A stretch of DNA of 64,000 nt from Tubulanus polymorphus (lineage: Eukaryota > Animalia > Nemertea), in contig NC_134031.1 of NCBI RefSeq assembly GCF_964204645.1, positions 11,224,088-11,288,087 of the forward strand, read 5' to 3'. The notes beneath the pieces were generated by a model. It ran no database searches and was not told where the DNA came from. It saw only the letters and a list, made by a program, of their open reading frames with translations. The stretch's first letter is position 1; each line of letters opens with the position of its first letter. Made by a program: the position numbers and the translations under genes. This document shows, one piece after another, positions 1 to 12,860 of the stretch.

Positions 1-566
1 TGCAAGTCGGTTGCGATACGATTGTGTGCGACTAGTTTCTGCCAGTCGCAAGAGCGCGTCGGTTAGTTGTGACAGTCGTGTCGCATCACAGAAAGTAGAA
101 CACGTGCGACTCCTTGTGACTGGCGTTGCCGAAAGTCGCAACCCGTCGCAAGGGAGCGTATGTCGATGAGTTGTGGCGACACAATCGTCGCTGGCGGTCG
201 CAGTGATTGGCGTCGCTGGCGATCGCAGTGATTGGCGTCGCAGTGAGTCACAAGCCGTCGCAAGGCCGAACTACGCCCTGCTTATCGTGTCGCATCGCAA
301 GTTTCGGTTGAAGTCGGTTGCGATACGATTGTGTGCGACTAGTTTCTGCCAGTCGCAAGAGCGCTTCGGTTGGTTGTGACAGTCGTGTCGCGTCGCAGAA
401 AGTAGAACACATGCGACTCTTGTGACTGGCGTTGCTGAAAGTCGCAACCCGTCGCAAGGGAGCGTAGGTCGATGAGTCGTTGCGACACAATCGTCGCTGG
501 CGGTTGCTGTGATTGGCGTCGCAGTGAGTCACAAGCCGTCGCAAGGTCGACCTACGCCCAGCTTAA
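1..566. mobile_element. GTCGCA-rich MITE-like element, tandemly duplicated and cut by the window start (possibly PIF/Harbinger-like)
   Basis: Two tandem ~280-bp copies ending ...CAAGGTCGACCTACGCCCAGCTTAA. A complete copy at 14958-15285 has imperfect TIRs (AGCCGGACGTAGGTCAGCCTTG / CAAGGCCGACCTACGCCCTGC). The superfamily call is tentative. Confidence 0.55.
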
Positions 567-1211
567 GTCATTAGGAATTAATGAAATACCAGTTTCATTT
601 ATGATGAAAAAACTCAAATGAAAAGTCTGGCTCATAAAGCTATCTGCTCAGACGAAATTTTCAAATAAATCTTCATTTTTGGCAATAAAATTGATAATTG
701 TGATTGATAGTTGCAAATCACAACGTTAATCACTAATTAACATGCATTTTAATAAATCTGATTCCTCCTTTACAGTGAACTTAGCTTTAACCTAGTAGAG
801 GCTACTAGCCTATGTAGGCCTATGTATATGCGTAGGCCTATGTATATGCGTAGGCCTAACATCCGGACAGATTGGTCGTAGGCCTATTGAATAACAACCC
901 ACCTAAATATCGTAAATTTTGTTTTGAAGTTCAATCCAATGAGTCCGTTAATAAACGCAACAATTATACTGTGTTTGTTTGAGACAGTAAAGCTCAGTAC
1001 CGGTAGGCCTAAAGCCACGTAAAACTCGATAAACACTTCAAGCGACACAGCGAACGATTCCTTTCCCCCACACAGCGAACGCTTACTCCGAATGTGACGA
1101 GTCCAGCATACGGAAAGGAGTGTGTTATATACTCGTATTTAGTAAATACCTTGTGCATTTGAAAATGATCGGTATGTACTGTAGGAAATATCGAGTATTG
1201 ATGGTATTGAT

Positions 1212-4200
1212 CGGTTCCTGAACTTCGCTGAAAAAGCTGAATCACTGAAACGCTGAAATAAAAACGCTGAAATTTCAGGGAATTTCCGAAAAACGCTGAA
1301 ATTTCAGGGAATTCCCGAAAAACGCTGAAATCGTGCTAGGTACCAATAATACACGTTTTGAAATATTTTCCGGGCCGGTGTCCGCTGCCGAGTCCTGAAC
1401 CGTGTTTTAGTCTCTACCTTCGGTTACAGAGACATGCATGGACAGTATGTGTGGAGTATTCTTCTACTGTCTGTCACACCTACTCTCCGTGCGACGTTTT
1501 GGTCCTTAATTTCGTTAATAATCGGTTTATCTACCTTTATTACCCATCAATTTGTTCAGTGAGGAATTTGCATTCAGAAATAAACAACAATTTTCACTAA
1601 AGTTGTTTTTGTTTTCATTTATCAGCGATAGTTTACTCAGCATACGCTCGCGTAATGCTGAAAAACCCGCTCCGCTGACGCTCGGAAACGTTACAGTGAC
1701 GTCATCACCTGCTCATTAGCATATCAAAATACAGTAGGTGGCGCCACGTGACGGGCCATAAAAGCCGTTTTTCAGCATTACGCGAGCGTATGCTGGGTAA
1801 ACTTTCGCTGATAGATGAAAACACAAACAAATTTATGCCAGTTCATGTTTTATTTCTGAATGCAAATTACTGAACAAATTGATGCATAATATTTACAGAT
1901 CAACCGATTATTAACGCAATTACGGATCAAAACGTCGCACGAAGAGCAGGTGTGACAGACAGTAGAGGGCCACTTGTTGGACAAATTAATTCGCTTGAAA
2001 TCCGGATTTTTAATGCATACAGGCAGCATAATGAGGAAAACCCATTCACACACCGTGCAAGCCAACTTAAACACTATGCTCAATATTCCCTGCAAGACGC
2101 AAAATATCTTATTTGAACGTTCATGTATAAAACATGGAGCAACTTTTCTTTTGTCAACACGTTGATGGGCGACGGACTATGTCACTATGGTATTCTCTGA
2201 AGGAGGTAAATTAAATTTGACAGCTAGTTATATAAATGATGCAGCTTTTGGACAAAAGGGATCTAACTAAATTTCTTTTTAATTCACTGTGGAATGGAAT
2301 GGAATGGAATGGATTGACGCCAATGGCATGCAGTAGGCCCCTACGTATGGGTCATACTGATTAGCGTCAACCAATTAATCTAAATCGGGCAAACCATTCA
2401 ACAACTGTGAATAATTTATTTCCTGTGGCGTGATAATAATTAGTTTTTTTGAAGAAATGACATACCAACTGTTAGAACAAGAAAATTAACTTTAATAAAT
2501 TATTTGACGCCTGCGAAAAAATGTAGAATTTCTGGTATAAGCTAATGTGGAATTGCAAATTTGAAATCGAAGTTTTAAGAAATTTCGGGAATTATGAGAT
2601 TTGGCGATTGGGTAGATGATACAGTCTTCGACTGGTCTAATCAAAAAAAAAAATTGTCAACTTGTGACTTCGATTCACTTTTGCCTCTAAGCTGGTCTGC
2701 AACTTCATTGCCTACATGGTTGAAGAAAGAGCTCTTCTGATGTCTGCTTCATCATGACTTTGAGCATATCGTGTAGCCAGCCAGCCCGGTCCTGAGGCCC
2801 GGTCTGGCTGTCACTTGATATCCTAGACTTGAGTCTGGGTTGAAGTAGCCATTGTCATATAATTAACTTATTCATGTTATTCTGTATGAATTACTCGTGT
2901 GTCTTGTATTTTCTTATTTTAAAATTTGTAAATGTATTGATTTTTGGAATTTTATCCCCGAATTTCAATGTAATAAGGATCAATAAAGTATTGAATTTAA
3001 TTGTCACCTTATACACATGCCATCAGTGGACGCGGAGCCGTATATGACAGCTATGCTATTATAAATTGCTAATCTCATGAAACCTGCATACGTCTAATAT
3101 CGAACATATTTTCTAAAACATTTGAATATTGAAATTATATGTTTACACGTTTTTATATAGACCGCTTGTAGCCGCCGATGAAATTCACGCCGGCCCAACT
3201 CAGATCGTAGATAGCTTCGTCATTCCACTAGCATCCCCATGTCAGGGTCTGACTTTTATATCAGACTTCCAAATCGTGTATACATCCGCCATTTAACCGA
3301 ATAATCCGATTTACTTATCATTTCTATTTATCCCTGCCGCCCCTGATATAATCATACATCCTTTACTATTACAATACGTCTTCTCATGATATTCAATGCG
3401 ATATAACATTTCGACATTCAAATAGAGGTCATTATATAATCCCAGGGAGCCATTCTACATCTTTATCAATAATATTTTGCCAAATAGCTTGTGTACACAT
3501 AAACCTGTGACGTTTTGCACATCGATTTACGGTTGTCGTTTGTAAAATGACGCTGAATGGTTATCATTGTTTAGGTTTCATAATGGTAACGTTTTATAAG
3601 GCGTCAAAAAATGTACCGATTCTTATTTTTAGACTACTACTGAATCTATAAAAGGAGGAGTCATAGACAAAGTTGATTTGCTTAGCTGGTGACACTTCTT
3701 GTCAAGTACATCATCTCAAGTACTGGGTGTTTTGTAAGTTTAATTTCAGTATTTATTTACTAAGTGCTGTTCTCTCGGACCTCAGTGCTTTCAAACTAGG
3801 CCCACCCCATAGGCTATATAGTCCAGGGTGTATTAGCCACTATTCTTTTATATCCGACTAAAATGCACCTTTTTCTATTTTTAGATTCAGGCTTAGAATG
3901 TGCAAATTTTTTGAGATACTGAGAAATCAGATGGCACCAGTAAACTTCAACTGCGAAATTTGCAGCAGGATAGCTGAACGACACAATCTTTAAAAATAAA
4001 ATGGCTATTCGAATGCTATTTCAATAATAACTTGATTCAACCAGAGAGAAATAAGTCAATTGCGGATGTACAGTACACCCACTTTTCTTCCCTGTTTCCT
4101 GGTACCAAATTTTTAGTCTTAAGCTAAGCGATATTCTAAGGTATGCTTGTGGATTTCATTACAATATGAAGCAATGGAACCAGAATTCTAGCCAGAGTTA

Positions 4201-5205
4201 AGCGAACTATTGATTCTGATTAATGTAAGAACTGATTTCCTTTGTGTACTCTTGCAGAATGTGTTATGTATTATTTCAAGCTGTTAAATAATATAGTTAG
4301 ACAAATGTCCAATTATTGGATCTTTCTTGTTGACTCGTTTAATTTTGTGAGTTAAGAGTTCCAGTCAATCCACAATGTGCAGTGCCTAGCCTTCATCTAC
4401 ACTAAAGCCAAGCCTGTGTATGGGAAAAAAATATCGTTCGACTCCTATAGGCCAGACACATCAAAGCATGCAATACATTGCAGATAGTAGTCTCCGGCAA
4501 GTCGAAAGAGAAAGTAAACCAGGTTTTACCCCGTACCCTACCCGGGAACAAAGACACTTAAAGATTCCTTCCTCAGTGTAGAAATTGTAGAAATATGGCA
4601 CCCAATTGTAGCAATGCTAAGTACAGTATACTATGACGGTTGAACCTTTATTAACGAATTTCAATGACACCGAAAATAGAATCAAAATAATCATTAGTTC
4701 CATGCTAGCACTTAATTTGGGTTATCAGGTTCAGCCTAACTGTACTTTCATTCAGCTACTACTTGTATGAGACTTGGCAATGATAAGTTGCAAGAAATCA
4801 CCAAACATAAGAAAAAATATTGTGAATTAATATTACTGTAATTGAGAATTTATTCAAATGAAGTGATAACTTCATTGTTAGATCGTACCGGTATATGCAC
4901 ATAAAACTATGGCAAAAAACACATCTAACAATCCACGCAATCCGCAATCGATCAAGTCGATCATGACGACGACCTTAAGGCATGTCTCTGTAACCGAAGG
5001 TAGAGCATAAAACACGGTTCAGGACTCGTCAGCGGACACCGGCCCGGAAAACATTTCAAAACGTGTATTGTCGGTACCTAGCACGATTTCTGCGTTTTTC
5101 GGGAATTCCCTGAAATTTCGGCGTTTTTCGGAAATTCCCTGAAATTTCAGCGTTTTTATTTCAGCTTTTCAGTGTTTCAGCTTTTTCAGCGAAGTTCAGG
5201 AACCG
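1212..5205. mobile_element. Non-autonomous TIR DNA transposon, Mutator/MULE (foldback)-like, 3,994 bp
   Basis: ~226-bp TIRs (1212-1437 and 4980-5205) built from GCTGAAA subrepeats. 9-bp TSD GGTATTGAT at 1203-1211 and 5206-5214. Paralogous empty sites (e.g. ~15909) have a single GGTATTGAT. No transposase ORF seen. Confidence 0.85.
1463..1966. mobile_element. ~500-bp palindromic MITE-like element nested in the MULE-like element
   Basis: TCTACTGTCTGTCACACC... at 1463 pairs with ...GGTGTGACAGACAGTAGA ending at 1966. Inner arms 1611-1666 and 1767-1822 are also complementary. Confidence 0.65.
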
Positions 5206-5988
5206 GGTATTGATATAGAGGTTGAAGCCCGCGGCCGAAGAAAGTAATATATTCTTTTATTTTGATACTTCGTCGACATAACAGCTTTTCTCCGGTATAC
5301 TTATGATTATCATAGTAAATACACGGTTAATTTGGTAAAGAAAAATAGGTATTGTTAAACTAACTGCTTGAAGCCCGCAACCAAATCACTGGTAGTAATA
5401 AATTAATTTGTACTCGATTCGATTCTCATGATGAGGAGAAACTCGCAGCTGATCCCCGGAACGACGATGTAGTGACACACGTCGATTCGTCGATGTTTAC
5501 GGCTCGACAGTGCTTTTAAAATCTAAAGTAGTAAATTTCCTGTATATCGGTAATATGATTTGATGAGGAAAATGGGCTATTGTTAAAATTAGTTTTTAAA
5601 AACCGCGACAGACTGTGCAATCACTGGGTAATAAATTTGTTAATTTACGCTTGAATTGATAATCGACGTGACAAGAAACGTGAGGTAGATTTCGTAAAGA
5701 CGACTTAGAAAAACATGTCGGCTCTTTGAATGGGGCTCAATTTTCGATGTTTACGGCCCGACAGCGCTTTTGTAACGTTGATTCTTCAAAATTCGCACGG
5801 AGTATTCGTAGATCGAAGTGAGCTGAATGATATCAGACGGATTGTATCGGCAACAGTAGTAATGTAAAAAAGCCTATGTACTTTTGACAAAAAAAGTGTG
5901 GAGAAAAATAATAATAATAATAATAAATATAGCTGCAAAGCAGCGATAACGGGTTTTCTGCACAGTCTTAGAATCCTGTTCAACGGTG

Positions 5989-6225
5989 GATTTCAACAAA
6001 GCATTTGATAAGGCTCAACATCAGCCATTACTAAAGAGGCTATTAGGAATCAGTATCAATGATAGGTCGCCCAAATGGCTCAGCAGTTATCTCTGAACGG
6101 AAACTTGTAACCGAAATCAACGGAACGCCTCATCTTGGAATGAGACGGTCTAACTAGTGGAGTCACGCAAGGTAGTATCCTAAGTCGTCTTCTGTTTAAA
6201 GTCCTAACAAATGACATACACAGTA
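5989..6225 (+). pseudogene. Degenerate CR1/L2-type LINE reverse transcriptase fragment
   Basis: Translates, with frameshifts, to DFNKAFDKAQHQPLL...TSGVTQGSILSRLLF...NDI, matching the CR1 RT motifs DFSKAFD and SGVPQGSVLGPLLF...NDL. Further short copies at ~10160-10395, 16725-16960, 24178-24413, 31632-31867 and 39086-39321. Confidence 0.75.
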
Positions 6226-6299
6226 ATGCAAAATATACCAGACCGAGTAAATATCCAAAACGACCTTAACACACTGTTCGACCAAAAAACTTAATGTTC

Positions 6300-6543
6300 C
6301 GACAAAACCACGGGCTACAAATCCAAAATTATCAATAGTCGCGGGTGACAAAACCAAAATATTGAATTGTCACGGGCGACAAAACAAAAATAATGAATTG
6401 TCGCGGTTGTTATAACCAAAATATTGAATTGTCGCGGCGATAAAACCAAAATAATGAATTGTCGCGGACGACAAAAACAAAATATTGAATTGTTGCGTGC
6501 GACAAAACCAGAATAATGAATTGTCGCGGGCGACAAAACCAAA
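6300..6543. repeat. 31-bp palindromic minisatellite, left part of an array split by a HINE insertion
   Basis: Consensus GAATTGTCGCGGGCGAYAAAACCAAAATAAT. Equivalent left segments at ~10470-10697, 17035-17340, 24488-24793, 31942-32247 and 39396-39701. Confidence 0.9.
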
Positions 6544-7470
6544 CTAGGGGTCCAGGGACACCATGCTCACTTGGGAAGTGGTTTCAAATGCTCAACAATC
6601 TAACAATTTCAATACATAACGCCCTCTAGTGACCATATACAAAAACCAATGACCTTGAAACCCACCACAATCATAGAACATGTGAGCAGCTATGATTTTG
6701 TAATTGATTGTGATAACAAAATATGCCTCGTTACCAATTTAATATGGAAATACTAAGTTATTCTACTATTCAACGCCCCTGGTGACCATATGCAAAACCC
6801 AATGACCTTAAAACTCACCACAATCGTAGTACATGTCATTAAAAACAACTTTGCAATTGATCATAGTAACAAAATATGCCTAGGTACCAATCTTATAAGG
6901 AAATACTAAGCCATTCTACTATTCAACGCCCCCTAGTGACTCTATGGAATAACTAATGTCCTTAAAAACTCACCACAATCATAGACGATGTCATGATCTA
7001 CAACTTTGCAATGGATCATGGTAACAAACTATGCCTAGGTACCAATCTAATAAGAAAAAACTAAGCTTTTCTACTATATAACGCCCCCTGGTGACTATAT
7101 GGAATAACTAATGTCCTTAAAAACTCACCACAATCATAGACGATGTCATGAACTACAACTTCGCAATTGATCATGGTAACAAAATATGCCTTGGTACAAA
7201 TATAATATAGCAATACTAAGTTATTGTATTATTCAGTGCTGATTTTGGCAAACAACAATGGCTGCCAGTCGGCCATCTTGAATCTGACAGGGCCAGTTTT
7301 TGGGCTGACGATGTGTCTAGGGTAGATACATGTATAAACCAAATATCAAGACATTACCTTGAAGCGTCTTCAAAACTTCCCAAAATAATTGGATTCCGTG
7401 TATGGACGGACGGACGGACGAAAAGTGAACACAATAGCCCGCTGGGACTAAAGTCCCAAGTGGACTGAAA
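6542..7470 (-). mobile_element. Helentron-associated non-autonomous element (HINE/DINE-1-like), internally deleted copy
   Basis: Minus-strand start TTTTCAGTCCACTTGGGACTTTAGTCCCAG... followed by a (GTCC)n microsatellite. Central ~155-bp tandem repeats. Opposite end ...CCCAAGTGAGCATGGTGTCCCTGGACCCCTAGTT has a subterminal IR and short hairpin. Inserted in an A/T run with no TSD. Confidence 0.65.
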
Positions 7471-7471
7471 A

Positions 7472-9050
7472 AGAATTGTCGCGGGCGACAAAACCAAACT
7501 AATGAATTGTCGCGGGCGATAAAACCAAACTAATGAATTGTCGCAGGCGATCAAACCAAACTAATGAATTGTCGCGGGCGATGAAACAAAAATTGTGAAT
7601 TGTCGCGGGCGATAAAACCAAAATAATGAATTGTCTCGGGCGATAAAACCAAAATAATGAATTGTCGCGGGCGACAAAACCAAAATAATTAATTGTCGCG
7701 GGCGATCAAACCAAACTAATGAATTGTCGCGGGCGATGAAACAAAAATTGTGAATTGTCGCGGGCGATAAAACCAAAATAATGAATTGTCTCGGGCGATA
7801 AAACCAAAATAATGAATTGTCGCGGGCGACAAAACCAAAATAATTAATTGTCGCGGGCGATAAAACCAAAATAATGAATTGTCTCGGGCGACAAAACCAA
7901 AATAATGAATTGTCGCAGACGATAAAAACAAAATATTGAATTGCCGCGGGCGATAAAACCAAAATAATGAATTATCGCGGGCGATAAAACCAAAATATTG
8001 AATTGTCGCGGGTGATAAAACCAAAATAATGAATTTTCGCGGGCAACAAAACCAAAATATTGAATTGTCGCGGGCGACAAAACCAAAAAAAAAATTGTCG
8101 CGGGCGACAAAAACAAAGTATAAAACCAAAATAATGAATTGTCGCGGGCGTCAAAACCAAAAACAAGAATTGTCGCGGGCGACAAAACCAAAATAATGAA
8201 TTGTCGCTGGAGATAAAACCAAAGTAATGAATTGTCGTGGGCGATAAAACCAAAATATTGAATTGCCGCGGGCGATAAAACCAAAATAATGAATTGTCGC
8301 AAGGGATAAAACCAAAGTAATGAATTGTCGTGGGCGATAAAACCAAAATATTGAATTTCCGCGGGCGATAAAACCAAAATAATGAATTATCGCGGGCGAT
8401 AAAACCAAAATATTGAATTGTCGCGGGTGATAAAACCAAAATAATGAATTTTCGCGGGCAACAAAACCAAAATATTGAATTGTCGCGGGCGACAAAACCA
8501 AAAAAAAAATTGTCGCGGGCGACAAAAACAAAGTATAAAACCAAAAATTTGAATTGTCGCGGGCGACAAAACCAAAAAAATAATTGTCGGGGCGACAAAA
8601 CCAAAATAATGAATTGTCACGGGCAATAAAACCAAAATAATGAATTGTCGCGGGCGATAAAACCAAAATAGTGAATTGTCACGGGCAATAAAACCAAAAT
8701 AATGAATTGTCGCGGGCGATAAAACAGTAATAATGAATTGACGCGGGCGATAAAACCAAAATAATGAATTTTCTCTGGCGACAAAGTCAAAATAATGAAT
8801 TATCGCGGGCGATAAAACCAAAATATTGAATTGTCGCAGGCGATAAAACCAAAATATTGAATTGTTGCGGGCGACAAAACCAAAAAAGAAAATTGTCACG
8901 GGCGACAAAAACAAAATATAAAACCAAAATAATGAATTGTCGCGGGCGACAAAACCAAAATAATGCATTGTCGCTGGCGATAAAACCAAAGTAATGAATT
9001 GTCGTGGGTAATAAAACCAAAATAATGAATTGTCGCGGTCGACAAAATCA
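7472..9050. repeat. 31-bp minisatellite array (~50 units)
   Basis: Tandem GAATTGTCGCGGGCGAYAAAACCAAAATAAT. It is the source of the spurious VLSPATIHYFGF ORFs. Confidence 0.95.
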
Positions 9051-10696
9051 AAATCATTGTTTTCTCGCGTTATTTTAGTTTTGTCGTAATGTCGCCCTCA
9101 TTTGCATATTCGTGTTTTTTATCTAATCAGCCACCATACTAAAGCTTTAAGGTCGCGTAAACTCGATAAACACTTCAAGCGACACAGCGAACGATCTCCT
9201 TTCCCCCACAGCGAACGCTTACTCCGAATGTCAAGTGTGAGTCCAGCATACGGATAGGAGTGTGTTATATACTTGTATTTAGTAAATACCTTGTGGATTT
9301 GACAATGATCGGTATGTACTGTAGGAAATATAGAGTATTGATGGTATTGATATAGAGGCCCGCGGCCGAATAAAGTAATATAGTCTTTTATTTTGATACA
9401 TCGTCGATATAACAGCTTTTCTCCGCTATATCTCTTCGGCGTGTTTAGTTTAGGCCTTCGACTCCCCGGTACTTTTATGATTTATCTTAGTAAAAACACG
9501 ATAAATTTGGTAAAGAAAAATAGGTATTGCTAAATTAACTGCCTGACGCCCGCAGCCAAATCACTGGTAGTAATAAATTAATTTGTACTCGATTTGATTC
9601 TCAGAATGAGGAGAAACTCGCAGCTGATTCCCGGAACGACGATGTAATGACACGCGTCGATTTGTCGATGTTTACGGCTCGACAGTGCTTTTAAAATCTA
9701 AAGTAGTAAATTTCCTGTGTATTGGTATTATAATTTGATGAGGAAAATGGGTTATTGTTAAAATTAATTTTTAAAAACCGCGACAGAATGTGCAATCTTT
9801 GGGTAATAAATTTGTTCATTTATGCTTGAATTGATAATCGATGTGACAAGAAACGTGCGGTAGATTTCGGAAAGACGACTTAGAAAAACATGTCGGCTCT
9901 TTGAATGGGGCTCAATTTTCGATGTTTACGGCCCGACAGTGCTTTTGTAACGTTGATTCTTCAAAATTTGCACGGAGTATTTGTAGATCGAAGTGAGCTG
10001 AATGATATCAAACGGATTGTATCGGCAACAGCGGTAATGTAAAAAAGCCTACGTACTTTTGACAAAAAAAGTGTGGAAAAAATAATAATAATAATAAATA
10101 TTGCTGCAAAGCAGCGATAACGGGTTTTCTGCACAGTCTTAGAATCCTGTTCAACGGTGGATTTCAACAAAGCATTTGATAAGGTTCAACATCAGCCATT
10201 ACTAAAGAGGCTATTAGGAAACAGTATCAATGATAGGTCGTTAAAATGGCTCAGCAGTTATCTCTGAACGGAAACTTGTAACCGAAATCAACGGAACGCC
10301 TCATCTTGGAATGAGACGGTCTAACTAGTGGAGTCACGCAAGGTAGTATCCTAAGTCGTCTTCTGTTCAATGTCCTGACAAATGACATACACAGTAATCC
10401 AAAATATACCAGACCGAGTAAATTTCGAAAACGACCTTAACACACTGTTCGACCAAAAAACTTAATGTTCCGACAAAACCACGGGGACAAAACCAAAATT
10501 ATGAATTGTCGCGGGTGACAAAACCAAAATATTGAATTGTCACGGGCTACAAAACAAAAATAATGAATTGTCGCGGGCGATAAAACAAAAATAATGAATT
10601 GTCGCGGGCGATAAAACCAAAATAATGAATTGTCGCGGGCGATAAAACCACAATAATGAATTGTCGCGGGCGTTAAAACCAAAATATTGAATTGTC

Positions 10697-11596
10697 ATAC
10701 TAAGCCATTCTACTATTCAACGCCCCCTGGTGACTATATGGAATAACTTATGTCCTTAAAAACTCACCACAATCATAGACGATGTCATGAACTACAACTT
10801 TGCCATTGATCATGGTAACAAAATATGCCTTGGTACAAATATAATATAGCGATACTAAGTTATTGTATTATTCAACGCGCCCTGATGGCCACATACAAAA
10901 ACCAATGACCTTGAAACTCACCAAAATCATAGAACACGTTATGGGCTACAACTTTCCAATTGAATATAGTAACACAATATGCTTAGGTATCAATTAATTG
11001 TGGAAAAACTTTTTCCCACCTACGAATGAGTACTGATGACACCAAGATGGCCGCCAATTGCGTCATAATTGGCTGATCAAAAATACCTGTCCCAGGTATA
11101 AAACATCCCTCTCTAAAGAATATCCATCAGCAATTGCAATGAGAAATGGCAAACCAGTAGGAAGCTACAGGACCTAGAATTCTGGCCAAAATTGACATTT
11201 TTGGGCACTAAAAAGGTCATAGGACGGCCATCTTGAGTCAGATCGACCCAATTTTATTATGCTGATGGGCCTATGGTAGATTCAAATGTAAACGAAAGAT
11301 CAAGGTAATTGATCAAAGCGTCTTCAAAATTTCCCACGAAAACTTCGAAAGTGTTTAAAAAGTGCTGATTTTGGCAAACAACAATGGCTGCCAGTCGGCC
11401 ATCTTGAATCTGACAGGGCCAGTTTTTGGGCTGACGATGTGTCTAGGGTAGATACATGTATAAACCAAATATCAAGACATTACCTTGAAGCGTCTTCAAA
11501 ACTTCCCAAAATAACTGGATTCCGTCTATGGACGGACGGACGGACGAAAAGTGAACACAATAGCCCGCTGGGACTAAAGTCCTAAGTGGACTGAAA
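10697..11596 (-). mobile_element. HINE/DINE-1-like element, truncated copy
   Basis: Same (GGAC)n end and 155-bp repeats as 6542-7470, but lacks the CTAGGGGTCC end. Confidence 0.6.
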
Positions 11597-11597
11597 A

Positions 11598-12860
11598 AGA
11601 ATTGTCACGTGCGACAAAACCAAACTAATGAATTGTCGCGGATGATAAAACCAAAATAATGAATTGTCGCGGGCGACAAAACCAAACTAATGAATTGTCG
11701 CGGGCGATAAAACCAAACTAATGAATTGTCGCGGGCGATAAAACAAAAATATTGAATTGTCGCAGGCGATAAAACCAAAATAATGAATTGTCTCGGGCGA
11801 TAAAACCAAAATAATGAATTGTCGCGGGCGACAAAACCAAAATAATGAATTGTCGCGGGCGATAAAACCAAAATAATGAATTATCGCGGGCGATAAAACC
11901 AAAACATTGAATTGTCGCGAGCGATAAAACCAAAATAATGAATTGTCGCGGGCGACAAAACCAAAAACAAGAATTGTCGCGGGCGACAAAACCAAAATAA
12001 TGAATTGTCGCTGGAGATAAAACCAAAGTAATGAATTATCGTGGGCGATAAAACCAAAATATTGAATTGTCGCGGGCGACAAAACCAAACTAATGAATTG
12101 TCGCGGGCGACAAAACCAAAAAAAGAATTGTCGGGGCGACAAAACCAAAATAATGAATTGTCGCGGGCGACAAAACAAAAATGGTGAATTGTCCAGGTGA
12201 CAAAACCAAAATAATGAATTGTCGCGGGCGATAAAACCAAAATAATGAATTGTCGCGGGCGATAAAACTAAAATAATGAATTGTCGCGGGCGACAAAACC
12301 AAACTAATGAATTTTCGCGGGCGACAAAACCAAAAAAAGAATTGTTGGGGCGACAAAACCAAACTAATGAATTGTCGCGGGCGACAAAACCAAAAAAAGA
12401 ATTGTCGGGGCGACAAAACCAAAATAATGAATTGTCGCGGGCGACAAAACAAAAATGGTGAATTGTCCAGGCGACAAAACCAAAATAATGAATTGTCGCG
12501 GGCGATAAAACCAAAATAATGAATTGTCGCAGGCGATAAAACTAAAATAATGAATTATCGCGGGCGACAAAACCAAACTAATGAATTTTCGTGGGCGACA
12601 AAACCAAAAAAAGAATTGTTGGGGCGACAAAACCAAAATAATGAATTGTCGCAGGCGATAAAACCAAAATAATGAATTGTCGCGGGCGACAAAACCAAAA
12701 TATTGAATTGTCGCGGGCGACAAAACCAAAATATTGAATTGTCGCAGGCGACAAAACCAAAATAATGAATTGTCGCGAGCGATAAAACCAAAATAATGAA
12801 TTGTCTTGTCGTGGGCGATAAAACCAAAATAATGAATTGTCGCGGGCGACAAAATCAAAA
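11598..12860. repeat. 31-bp minisatellite array (~40 units)
   Basis: Same consensus. It is 827 bp longer than the corresponding arrays at 19878-20310, 27332-27765 and 34786-35220. Confidence 0.95.

Noticed and set aside
7472-9050. CRISPR-like appearance of palindromic ~31-bp repeats
   Set aside because: The units are contiguous with no unique spacers, there are no cas genes, and the context is eukaryotic.
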